Shown piece by piece: positions 31,801-44,400 of a stretch of 64,000 nucleotides of DNA. The first letter of the stretch is position 1, and each line of letters begins with the position of its first letter. A model generated the notes under the pieces. That model worked only from the letters and a program-made list of their open reading frames with translations. It made no database searches and was not told where the DNA came from. The position numbers and the translations under genes were made by a program. The DNA is from Rhizaria sp. SCN 62-66 (taxonomy: Eukaryota). The stretch is taken from the NCBI GenBank assembly GCA_001724265.1, contig MEDY01000054.1, positions 62,001 to 126,000 of the forward strand, read 5' to 3'.

Positions 31801-34800
31801 GAGAACCGCGTCGCGGGCAAGGTTGGGGAAGCACAGCGGCCAGGCAAACGGCGTGATGAGACGCAGAAAGCGCAGCGCGGGGACGACTGGCGTGCTCGCG
31901 GCCAGGTGGTGACGCGGGATGTCCGTCTCGTGTGCGCGCACTGAGTTGAGCAAGCACGGAAGCATCCTCTGCAGGTCGTCAGGATCAGACTTCGTGCCGT
32001 CCTCACCGTCTTTGCGAGCGTCCGAGCCTTTCGGCTCAGATGTCAAACTGCGGCACGCACGGGCGCGAGCGCGCTCGACGTCGGCCCACAGCGCATCGAG
32101 CGCCTGCTCCTGTCGCGCGGTGTCCTTGGCGACTGCGGCATTGTCCTTGAGCTCCAAGTGGCCGACGAGGTGGACGAGCATGGACCGGCCGACGAGCTGC
32201 AGCGAGGCCGCAACAATGCCGCAAGACATGCCGACTTCGGCGCGCCACGGCTCCACCACGGGCGCAGGCGCCATCGCGCGCGACATCGCCATCGCCAACG
32301 CCATGCCCGCGCGGGACTGCGCGCTCTGCACCGCGCGGGACGCCGCTATAGTCGTTGGGGCATCGTTGTGGCCGTTGCCGTTGCCGCTGCCGTTGCCGGA
32401 GCCATTGCCAGAGACGCGTGCGATGGTGTATCGGTTGAAGCCAGTGTGGCGAAGACCACCGCAGCGCGCGAAAGCGGCGTCGACGATGCTGTCGATGTTG
32501 GCGCGAATGTTTGTCACGTCGTTCTCGCCTGACGCGGCCGCGGCGTCGGTCTCAGCGGCGCCCGACACGCTCGCGAAGTGCGACTTATGCAGGCGCATCG
32601 CGGTCACCGTCGCAGACATCAGCGCTGTATGCGCAGTGGAGCCTTCGTTACCGGCGGCGCGCGCGGCAGCTGACATCGCGGGGACAGACAGAGAGGCGGC
32701 GCGCACAATGTCATCGAATGCATCGGCAACGTCGCCAACGAGGTACTCGTTAGCGAGCTCCTGTGCGCGCACAGTGAAGTCGCTCAGCGGACCCAGTTCC
32801 ATCACCGGTGGCTTGTACAGATCCAGCTTGGCGGCGTCGCGGGGAGAGCGCTTTGCCGCGCCGCTCGAGCCCTTCGGCTTGCGCCGCTTGTCACCGCTAA
32901 CGCTCTCGTCATCCTCGCCGTCGTCGCGCTTGCTGTCCCCGTCCATGCGCTCGTTGAACGGGTCATTGTTGTGCCCGTTGTCATCTCTGCGGTCTCCGCC
33001 GGCCTCCGCGTCGCGCATCTTGGAGATGATCATCGGGTTGAGCCCCACACCACTAGGCGACACGCACAGGCGCAGCAGCAGCCGCATAGCGGCCGTATGC
33101 GCGGCCGTCGACAGCGCAAGCGGCATCGTGAGTTGCGTCGCGTGCACCACGCGCTCGAGTGCACGCGCTTGCCGGTTCGACGTCTCCTGCGTCAGACTCT
33201 GCACCGACTGAGAGCCGGCGCCGCCGAACGCGGGCGGCGAGGCGAGCGCAGAAGTCGGCGACAGCGCGCTGGCCGCCGGCGCCGCGGCGGCGGCGGGGGA
33301 GAGCAACGCCACGCGCAGCGTCTCAGAGCGCTCGCTCATGTGACCCGCGCCGTCGATGAAGATACTCGGCGTCACGTCGTTATTTTGCACCTTAGCACCA
33401 GCCGCGCCAGACGCCGCGGCAGCGGCAGCGGCAGCAGCAGCAGCAGCAGCGGCAGCAGCAGCAGCAGCAGACGCTGCGGGCGCGGCTGAAGAAGAGCCGG
33501 CGTCGACAGAGGCCCCGGGCGAAGGCGATAGCGACAGATCCTGCGGCCACTGCGGCGCCGAGACCGCGCGCGTGACTAAGGGCGGGATCGACAGCGCGTG
33601 GGGCTCGGGGTACGAGCTGCTGACCGAGTCGAGCGCCGCGTCCGAGTCTTCCGCGGTGCCGTCGCTGGCCTGCTGGTACCCATGCGCGCGCGCGGTGCCC
33701 GTCGGCTGTCTCCCGTGCAGCGGCGACGGTGGGTGGACGACGACGGTCGCACTTCTTGTCATATTCTGACCACCGGTCCCTTTGGGCTGATTGGGCTGAC
33801 GCGCCAGGGCGTTAGCGCTAGCGGCCAAGACGCCTGCGCCCTCGCCCGCGGCGTTGAACAGTGCCAGCGGCGGAAGGTTGTTTGGCGAGCGCGAGTCCGG
33901 GCCGGAGCCCGCCACCGCGGCTTCGGGGCTGGCCGCTGTGGGCGACGTGCTTACGGGCGGCTGCACGCGCAGTGTGCTCGGCCGCATCGCCGTCGCGCTT
34001 GCGCTCGCACTCGTCGAGCTCGAACTAGAGCCAGAGCTGGAGCTGGAGCTCGCGCTTGAGGCTGGCACCAGCGCGAATGACTCTGCCGAGCGCGCCGTGT
34101 CGGTCGTGGTGGACCCGTGCGTACCGGGCGCGAGGCCGCGCGCGGGCGCAGGTGCGGGCGGCGCGGCGGCCTGCCAGGCGTTGCTGACGGGGTGCACGTG
34201 CAGAAACATTCCGCACGCGTCCACGACTGGACCGATAGCTGGCGCGGCGATCGGCGGCGACGGCGACCGGGGCGAGTCGAATCCACACTCCCAGAGGTCG
34301 ACAAGGTCGTCGGCAGCGGCGGCAGCAGCAGCGGCGGCAGCTGAAGCCGCGGCGTCTGCAGCGGCACTCGCGGCGGCCGCAGTCAGGGCCGCCGTCTCCA
34401 TCGCCGCCGTCGCGTTGGCCGCGGACACGCGCGCGGGCAGCATGCTAACGGGGCCGGTCTCGTGAAACGCGTGGGGCGACTTCATCACGGGCAGGGCCCA
34501 GTCGTCGATGAGCGCGGCCACGCCCGCCGCGAAGGGCTCCTCGGCGGCCTCGGCCAGCACCTCCGAGTAGGCCAGGTCTTGCGCGCACTGCGATGACGCC
34601 GCGCTCGCGCCCGCAGATGGGTCCAGCCAGCCCAGCGGCAGGCGCAGCAGCGGCTGGGCGGCGATCGCGGCGCCCGCGGCGCCCAACCACGGAGCGCGCG
34701 CGTCCGTGATGCTGTGCGGCGGCTCCAAGGAGTCGTGCGAGTCGCGCATGCGCCGCAGGTTCTGCTGGAACAGCGCCGCGCGCGCTGCGCGCACCGCAGC

Positions 34801-37800
34801 CGGGCTCGCGTTCGCGCCCGGGCCAGCGGCGCTCATGCTGGCAGCGGTGCTAAGGCCGGCGGATTGCCCCGGCGACTGCGCGGCGGTGGGCGAGACGGCT
34901 CCGGCTGTGGCGGCGGCCGAGGTGGAGACCGGGACGGCAAGCCCGGCAGCGGCAGTGCTGCTGGGGATCGCCACGTTCTCCGTCGCCTGCATGGCCGCCA
35001 GCGCCGCGGCCGCGGGCGTCACAGTCACGAACAAGGGGGCAGCGGGCAGTCCGGCGCTGACGGACGCGATCATGGCGCCGCCGCGGGCCGCGGGCGAGGC
35101 TGGCGCGATGCGCGCGCCGCCCGCCGCCGTCGCCGCCGTAGAGGACGGCGAGGGCTGACGCACGGGCGGCAGCAGCGAGGCGCTGGTGACCGCGAGCGTG
35201 CCGGACAGCACCGCGCTGCGCGAGCGCTGCGACTGGCGCAGGCCCGGGGCGCCCGCCGCGCCCTGTTGGGCGGCGGCCGCAACGCGCAGGGCGGGGACTG
35301 AAGCGGTGGAGGCGGCGGCGGAGACGGGGCGCGTCGGGTGCTGCTGCAGCGCAATCGCACCCGCGGCGGCGAGCGTCGAGTGCGTCCCCGACATAGGGCC
35401 CGATGAGGGGCGCGGCGGCCGGTCGGGGGACGCGAAGGGCTCGGGAACACGCGAATGCGACGATGCCGGCGGCGGTGGCGGCGGCGGAAGCGGTGTGCGA
35501 CGGGGCGTGTCAGAGTCGGACGGCGGTGCAGCAGCAATGCGAACAGGCGAACTGTCACGTGAGCCGTCATCGTCCGAAGCGTCCGAACAGTTTGCGTTCA
35601 TAAAAGCCGCGCACGATGACGCCACACTAGACTGGGGACTACTGGCGCGCACAGGCGCTGCGGTGACAAACGCAGAGACACTCTGATCAACTGCTGTAGA
35701 CATCGAGCGCAAGTGAGTGCGCGCGTGCGCCCGGCAACGGGTGCGCATCGGCGGAGAGCGTGGCACGGGCGGCGCAGGCAAGGGCGGCGAGTGACTGCGC
35801 CCTTTGTCCGGCAGACTGGCGGGTCGCGGGCTATCGCGGCGCGAGTCAGAGCCCTGCCAACTACTGTCATAGAAATAACCGGGGACAAGGCCTCCGTATT
35901 GTTCGTCGACCCAGTCCATGGAATCAAGCCCGTCGTCAGAGTTGGAGCGCGCCTCGTACTCCTCAAGCCGGGAGTTCCAATACGCCCGTTCTTCGCCGCC
36001 ATCGTCATACTCGTTGCCGAAGCGAATCGGCATCTCAGGTAGTGGATTCGCCGCGGGGTTTTCCACAAAGCGTTCAAACGCGGCGTCGTCTGGCAGCCAT
36101 ATGTATCGATTCTCAACCATGCGCTCGATAATTGCCTCCTCCGTGATACCTGGGTTCTCCACCGCAAGAGCTGATCGGAACTTCGTAAGAAGTTTGTCGG
36201 CCACAGCACGGACAACAGGGCCCGCCAGCGGCACGCCGCCCATAGTCTGTCGCAGGCTGCTGAGCTGGATAATGAGCTGGAAGCGCATCGCCGCAACATC
36301 AGGCACGTAGGCGCTGCTCATCACACTGGGATCCAGTGACGAGTCGCCCCAGCCGTCGATCAGCAAGTTGTCGTCCTCGGGGTTGTCAGACGCGCAGACG
36401 GAGACGGACCTCACGCTGTTGCTCTGGCTCAGCAGACTCGCAGTGCCGCTGCGGAACGTCGGGCGAGGACTCTTGATGCCCTTGCCGAGTACAAGCTTGC
36501 TGAGAGTCCCGCTTGTCAGCTGAGATGTGGCGGGCGAGTTACGCTTGAGCGCATTCTGGTTGCGCCGCGCCGAAGCCTGAGGCGTGGCGTCGCCGGCACT
36601 TTGGACGCCAGCTGCGGGGGCGCCACTGGAGGTTGCTGCTGGCGGGCTGCTTTCGGCCTGGGTCGGCGTCGGAGCGCTAGAGCTGCCGGACGTGATGCCA
36701 CCGCCGGTGAACGGGCCGAACGACGCGTTCGGCGTGGCACCGACAAGCATGACCTTGTCTTTTGCTTCCTCCTCGTCCTCCGCGCCGTCGTCGTCGCCGT
36801 GGCTGGTGTGGCCCTGCGTCGGCGGCGGCTGCTGCGCGTCAGCTTCGCCAGTGTCAGTAGAGCCCTGAGTCGTTTTGGCATAGTTGGCAGGCAACGACGC
36901 CGAGCTAGACAGCGCTGTGCGTGTTAGCTTTGCTGTGGGCTCTGTAGACGGTGCCTCGGCCGGCGGCACAGCAGAAACCGCCTTGTCAGCGGGAACGTTA
37001 TCCGCCGTAGGGGTGTCGCTCACAGCCATGGAGTCTTCGGTGATGCTTGCGTTGGCGCCCACAACGTCGCCGTCGTCTTCCGACCACATTCCTGACGACA
37101 CATCGCTCGCTGCGGCAGCAGCATCAGCAGCCTCCGCAGCGGGAGCAACGGGTCTGTCATCGTCGGGCTGCACCACAGCCGTGGCTCCGACCATGGGCGG
37201 GGATACGTCGGTTGGCGCGCCTGTGGTGGCGTCAGACGGCGTGTCGCGGGCGGGCTCAGTGCTAAGAAGCCCGCTCTGCTGCAGCATCGCGAGCGCGTGG
37301 GAGCCGCTGACGCCCGAGCTCAACGCCGCCGAGGGCAGCGGCGAGCCCCGGCCCTCGGCAGCGGCAGCGACCGTAGCCGCGCTGGTGGCGGCCGCGCTCA
37401 AGGTCTGCATCGCGCGCGGGGCGATGATGGAGCTCACCGTCGAGGTCGGCGACGTCGGCACGACGCGGTGGCTGGTGAACCCGCTTGAGGACGTCGAGAG
37501 CACGATGTTGAGGTGCTCGCGCGAGTCGCTGAACCGCGTGCGCGCGCTGTTACTGCCACTCTCCGCGCTGGCGCCGAGGCCGAGCGCGCCGCCCTGGAGC
37601 ACGAACGACGGGCCGCGGCTGCGCAGACCGGTGCCGGCCTTGGGGCTGCCGCGCGCGCTCAGCGGCGCCGCCGTGGGCGCGTGCAAGGGACTGAAGGTCG
37701 CGCTGAACGTCGGTGTCGTGACAGTGGAAGACGTATTAGTGGTGGTCATCGAGACAGACGCGCCGACGGGGGTGGGCCCGCTCATGCTGCTGTTGAGCGG

Positions 37801-38410
37801 GTTGTTCGGAAGCCCGCCAGCAGCGTTGCCAGAGAGGGACAAAGACTGCGAGTTGTTGGTGTTGTTGTTGCTGCCGCTGCTGTTGTTCGGGAACACGTGG
37901 TGCAGTGCGTATGCTCCGCCAAAGCCGTGCGCGCTGGACGGCGGCGAGGCGTGCGGACTCGTGAGCGCGGGCGCCTGTAGCGTCGACGTTCCTATCGTCG
38001 GCGACGCCGTGTTGGAGCCGGGACGGCTCGAAATCGGGTGGCCGACGCGGAACGAGTGGGGCGGCGAGCGGTGGCGCAACTTCATCACCGGGGACGAGTT
38101 CTGCGACGACTCGCCGCCCGTGGAGTCGGGGCCCGACCAGGGCGCGGACTTGATCTGCTCCTGGCCCTCGGCGATCGTACTCAGGTCGTTCGAGTTGTGG
38201 CCCGACGTCTGCTGCCACTGGGCCAAAGGGGAGCCCGTATCGACGACGTCGCCGTCTTCGCCGGGGACGTGGTGGCTCACGGTCGCGTACGGCAGGCGGG
38301 ACGACGACAAGGACGAACCGTTCAGGCCAGGCTGCACACGGACAAGCTCCGGCGTATCTTCGTCGGCGACGGCGTTGTCGGCTTCGTTGTTGACAAGATC
38401 ATCATGTCCA

Positions 38411-38441
<31 letters not shown>

Positions 38442-41400
38442 CGTCGATGTTGTCATCGTCGTCGTCAAAGTCTTCGTCAAACATCGAACCGTCGTCATCG
38501 TCGTCTAAGTTCTGATCATCGTCGGGATCCAAGAGCCTGGACGCGAGTGCCTGAGCAGCCGCATCCTGTGCCGCCGACACCGCCTGCGGCCGCGCGGGCG
38601 AGTGGAAGAACCCTAGAGCCACGGCTGGTGACACCGCGACCGGGGAGTCCTTCTGCGTCGACTCGTCGGCCAACGGGTTGCGCTGGCGGTCCGTGCTGTG
38701 ACCCGTGCCGCCTGACGTCATCGAAGACAGCAGCTGCGGCGTGCCGCGGCCGGAGCCCGTGGCGGCACCCCCCAAGTCGTCGCTGAAGCCCGACATGGCC
38801 GAGTACATCGGGCTCACGGTGGGGCCGACGGCGAAGCGCCCGCTGTTGCTGCCGCCCGCGGTGTGCGGCGGCGCGGCCATGGGCGGCAACAACTCGTTCG
38901 AGCCGCCCTGACCGGCGTCGCGGCGCTCGTTGAGGACGAGCCCGGGCATCGCCGCATCCGCGCCGGCGCGGCCGCTGGGGCCGACGCCAGGGGAAGAGAT
39001 GCGCGATGTCGAGGACTCGGGGCGCATGCTGGTGCGGCTCGTCGACTGTCCGCCGCGGCGCGACCAGTCGCCGCCGTACTGGTCGCCGCCGCCAGTCACC
39101 GGGTCGTCGAGCCCGCGCGGGGACATACCGGGCATGAGCGAGATGAACCGCGGCGAGATGAACCGCGGCGGGTTGGCGAGGCTGCCGGGGGTGTACGTCC
39201 CCCCACCAGCTGCGGACGGCATGATGCCCATGTACGGCGCTGGGCTCACACCGCGCGAGCCCGGGAAGGCCTTGGTGGAGCGCGCAGTGCTGATAGTGGA
39301 CATGGTGGACAGCGGTTGGTTGCTCAGTCCGCTGCCGCCCGCAGTGGCGTGCATCGGAGACTCTCTGCTGGACACCTGCGAGCCGGTGCCGCCTGCCGCG
39401 GCCGCGACGCCGGTCAGCGCGAGGTGCAGCGGCGACTGATTGACGCCGTAAAAGCCCAGGTTGGTGTGCGTAGACGCCGGCGACGGCGACGGTGTGGTGT
39501 GCGCGCGCGCGCTGAGCAGCCACGACACGCCCTTGCCCGCGGCCGCGCCCGAGGACGGCGACTGCAGACCGGGGGTCGCGGTAGACCGGCGGCTGAAGTT
39601 GTGCAGGAACATGCGCGCAGCAGGGGACGCCGGCAGCGCGCGCGCGGCGCTCGTCATAGCCGCCGTGGGGCCGCCAGCGGCGCCGCCGGTGCCGCCGGGC
39701 GTGTTCGTGTACATCGACATCGGCATCCCGGGCGAGGCGTTGGGGCCGGAGCCGCCTGCGTTCATTGCGGCCATCGACGGGCTCATCGACCCTGGGCCAC
39801 CGCCGCCGCGCGCGCTCGTGCTGGCGTTGACTGTGATGACAGAGCGGCGCCTCGTACCCGGCGTGTTGAGGCGCGGCGGCGACAGCAAGGCGTTGTTGCT
39901 GGGATGATATGGCGACGCTGAGCGGCCGTTGCGGCTCGACGGCGGCGACACGGGGTGCGAGGCGTGCATGTCCTGAGTCAGCGAGGGCTTGCTGTCGCCG
40001 TCTTCGTGCTGCACAACCAACTCCAGCGAGGGCGGCGGCAGTGACAGCGAGATCGCGTGCGACGCCATAATTTTGTAATCGATGAGATTGTTGCTGTCCC
40101 GAGTGTTGCTCTTGGCGGACGCCGGTCTAGGTTCAGAAGAGGACTGCGACGCGTCGATGTCGCCCACGCAGAGATTCTCCAGCGAGGGCAGCTTCTCGCG
40201 CGCCTGCGCACCCCCGGTGCTGTCCGCAAGCAACTTGGGCATCTGATAGGGAGTCGCTCGGGGAATAGGCGACACGCGAAGACTCGGGGCCGTGGTCGTG
40301 TCAGCATTGATGTGAATGTTCGTGTTGTTGACCGAGTCAAACACGCTACCGTTGTTTCTCTCGGCAACATTGCCTGACTGACCACTGGCGCCAGGCACGC
40401 TCTCGCCGCTCGTCCGGCGACCCACGCGCGCAGTCGTGTTCCCGCTGTGCTGCTGGCTCCCCGCCGGGCTGCCCGGGAACGCCGCCGTCGCCGCCGCGGT
40501 GGTGTTGACCGTGTTGACGTAGGCAGCGACCGAGACCTGCATCGCATGCATGTACGCCTGCACCAGATCTGCGTCCGGCACGCCCGCGGGGCCCTGCGAC
40601 ACCGCGGCGACCAGGTCAACCGTGGCGCCTGCGCGCTGCATGGCGGCGAGGATCGCGATGTCCTTGACGGCGCATGCCAGCCGCAGCGCGCTCGCGCCGC
40701 CGGGGCGGTCCACCGCCGCGACATCTGCGCGGTCGACGATGAGGCGCTCCACGGTGTCGGCGTTGCGCAGCAGCACGGCCATGTGCAGCAGCGGCAGCAT
40801 TTGCGGCATGCGCACCGCGGGCGGCGCCGACGGCGTCATGACCGGCAACGTGGGCGCGGTGTTGACCATCGCACTCGCGCTCGGCGCGGCAGGGGACATG
40901 CGGGGTCCGCTGTACAGCGGCGGCTGCGCGTGCATCGACAGCGGGCTCGGCAGCGCGAAAGGCATGGCGCTGCCGCCCACAGGCGACTGCGCGGCCGTGC
41001 CCGCCGCGGTGGCCGGCAGCGAAAAGGCGAGCCCCAGCGCGGGCGAGTGCGCGTGGATGTGCGGGTGCGAGAGCGAGTGCTGGTCGGTCGACATCTCCGA
41101 GTCCGGCATCGTGCGCGACGCAGACGCCAGATCCGACGTCGAGTTGCCGACGGAGCCCGGCACCGCGAGCGTCCCCATGGCGGGGACGAGGCCGCCGGCG
41201 GTGAAACCGGTCGGGGACGCGCCGCCGATGACGTGGGCAGAGCCACCCGGTTGCAGCATCAGTGGCGGCGACGCGCGCATAGTGAACACCGGGTGCGACT
41301 GCGGCGGCGAAGCAGTGGCCGCGCTGCTGCTGCCACTGCCACTGGCGCTGCCGCTGTTGCTGTTGATGCTGCGGATGCTGCTGCTGTTGCTTGCGTTGAC

Positions 41401-44400
41401 CATGTGCATCAACGCGTGCACCGGCAGCCACACGGCGCCAGGCGCGGGCAGCGGGGACACAGCGCCTGAGCTTCCGCTGCTGCCAGTCGAGTTGTTCTGC
41501 TGCTGTTGCTGTTGCTGATGATGAAGTTGTTGCTGCTGTTGCTGGTGATGCTGAAGCATTGCTGCGGTGTGTAACGGCGAGCTAAAGTGATTGTGGTGTT
41601 GCAGCAAAGTCGCCATCGTCGCCGGCGTCAGTGGCGCATACCCCGGCAACGCCATCGGGCTCTGCATCGGCGGTGGCGAACCCCCGGGCGAGCCGCCGGG
41701 AGAGGCGATCTGCAGCAGGTGGTGCTGCGTCGGCGCCGAGTGCGGGTGAGTCATGTTGTCGCGTGGCGCGCCGCTTGGTGCGGGACCGCCGGCCGCAGGG
41801 CCGCCCTCGCGCGGGGTCGGCGAGGCCGTCTGCGCGGCCGTCGTCGCAGCGGACATCGCGGCGGGTACCGCGGGCATCGTCGCAAGATTATGGTAGGGCC
41901 CCAGCGGCGACGGCAGGAACATGGAGCTCACCAAGTTCGGCGCGCCCGGATTGGGAGGGTTCGCGGGCGACGGCATCTGCGCCGCGCCGCTGGCCGAGGC
42001 AAGCGTCGCCGTTGTCGTGGACTGCGTGGGCGTGAGCGGAACGCCAGCGCGCCGCAGGAGCCCGCTGAGCGGCGGGCGCACGGGGGAGCCGGCGCCGAGC
42101 GGGGGCGTGGTCATCGACGACATCGACAACGACAGCGACGAAGAGGACTGCGTGGGTGAAAAGGGCGAGACGGGCCCGCCCATTGTCGGTGAGAAAGCGT
42201 TCGCCGGGACTACAGCGCCTGTGGTGAGTTGCGAGACCATCGGTGCGACTGTGGCCGAGCCCGCAACGGCGCTCGAGGGCAGCGCCACACGGCGCGTCAT
42301 CGGCGCGTCCGACGCACTTTTGTTGTTGTTGCTGTTGTTGTTGTTGTTGTTGCTAATGCTGGGCATGTGGATGCGCGACGTCCCCACGGCCGGCGCGCCG
42401 CCGGGTGCGGTGTTGATAAACGGCGCGGCGGCCGAGACGGGCAGCGGAGGCACCGTGGGCGCGGCGGTGGTGCTCGTGAGCGATGAGCCGCGCGAGACCT
42501 GCGGACGCGGCGTCGACGCATCGCTGAATGGGGCGGGCATAGCGGCCGTGGGCGAGTGCACGGTGCTCGAGCTGTAGTCTGTCACGGAGAGCGTCGAAGA
42601 CTGTGTACTGTCCTCCTGGGTCGACAGCGACACGTGCTGGGGCGAACGGGCCGGTGATGCACGCGAGTCCCTGCCGGGGACTCCGGAAACGACGCCTGAG
42701 CCAGCCGATGCAGACCGGGGATCCAGGCCAGACGCCGCGCTTGCCATGCGCCCGTTGGAACGCATCGGCATCGGCGAAGGAGTGGGTCCGACGCCGACAG
42801 ACGTCACCAGACTCAGCGGGTCGCCGGATTCGACTCTGACGATACCCGTGGGGGCCTCCAGTGTTGAGACGACTGGGTGCGGTGCCGGGTGAGCGCTAAG
42901 CCCGGTATCGGCACAGTCTTCCGTGTTTGCCTCTGTATCCGCCGCAGACACGTACGCGCCGGGGCGCGTCTGGGAGTTCATCAAGGGCACTGCAAGCGTC
43001 TTGGTCTGGACATTGCCGACGCTCTTGGTGGCGGTGATCACGTCCCCGGGCGAGCCGGAGCTGTCGGACCGCACAGCGTGGACGCCAATGTTGCGCATCG
43101 TGGTGGCCGTAGTGGGCGGCGTCGCAACAGCGGACGAGTGGCCAGCCGTGTTGGCCGACGATGATGTGCCGGACACGTTTGTACGTGCACTGCTCATCCC
43201 AGCATTAGCCGCGTTCTTACCCGAAGGCGCTTGCGTTGATGCATTGCCAATGACTATGTTTGAGCGAGTGGCTTCTTGGCCACCCGTCCCCTTCGCGTAC
43301 GCGACCATCGGCGCGTTTCTTGGGCTCGGTGAGTTGAACACAGAGTTGCTGTCGCTTGGCACGACAATAGCCAACAGCTGTGTGTTTGCGTGCGCGGGTG
43401 CGGACCTGGGTGCACGGGCATTGGTCTCGGCAGCCTCAGTCACGACAGCATCATTCTGCATCAACACAGCAAGCGATGGAGTCATTGACTCTGTGGGGGA
43501 CTCGACCGGTGGGATCACGATGTTGGCCATATTGAGCGGCCGCGTATGCCTCGCTTGCTGCTGCTGCTGGCCGTACAGCTGTTGTGAAGCTGATGGTGGG
43601 CGCGGGTTCGACGGCGAGTCTGAGTGCGTGCGCTGCGTGTGCGAGCGCTGGGCTGACGACGTGGTCGACATCGCGCTGTTCAGCTGGTCGTGCACAGCGA
43701 CATCGCCCGCCGTCTGCGCCGGCGACGTCAGCGCCGGCGACAGCGCCAGGTCGTGCCGCGTGTCGGCCAGCGTCGCCAGCGCGAAGTGGCGCGACGCGGC
43801 GGGCGCGATCTCGGCCGCGTGGGGGTCCGTGTCGTCGGGTGACGAGCCACGCCGCAACAGCATCGTGTCGTGCGGGTCCCGCCGCCTGTGGTATGAGCCC
43901 AGACTGCTCTCTTCGGTGCGCGACCGCGCGTGCCCGGGGGTAGGATCCTCGTTGGGCGTGTCTGGTGGCGCCACTGCCACTGAAGGGGTCTCCGCGTCGG
44001 CATTTGGCGGCACGCCGGGCTCTGCGTCGGGGAACTCGCGGTCACGCGAGCAGCGCCGCCCGTAGCGGTCCCGCGGCAACGCTCTCTGAGCGCCCTCGCG
44101 GGGGTTGTACGAGAACCCGTGGCGTGCAGCGGCATCGACCGCGTGGCGGTCCTCTGACTCCGGGTCTGATTCGAGGCCGGCGCGCACGTACAGGTTGTCT
44201 GACGCGGTGCCGACAGCGTTTTCGTCGTTCAATCTGAGTGACGCTGACTGCAGGTTAGACCCGAGCGGCGCCGCAAGAGTCACCGACGTCGCGACGGACG
44301 CTGATGCGGACAGCATTGGTGATGCCATCTTATCCGCTCGAGCAGCCTCCGCCGCAGCCGCGCGCGCGCTCTCCGCGGTCGGGATGTGCTTGAGGCGCCC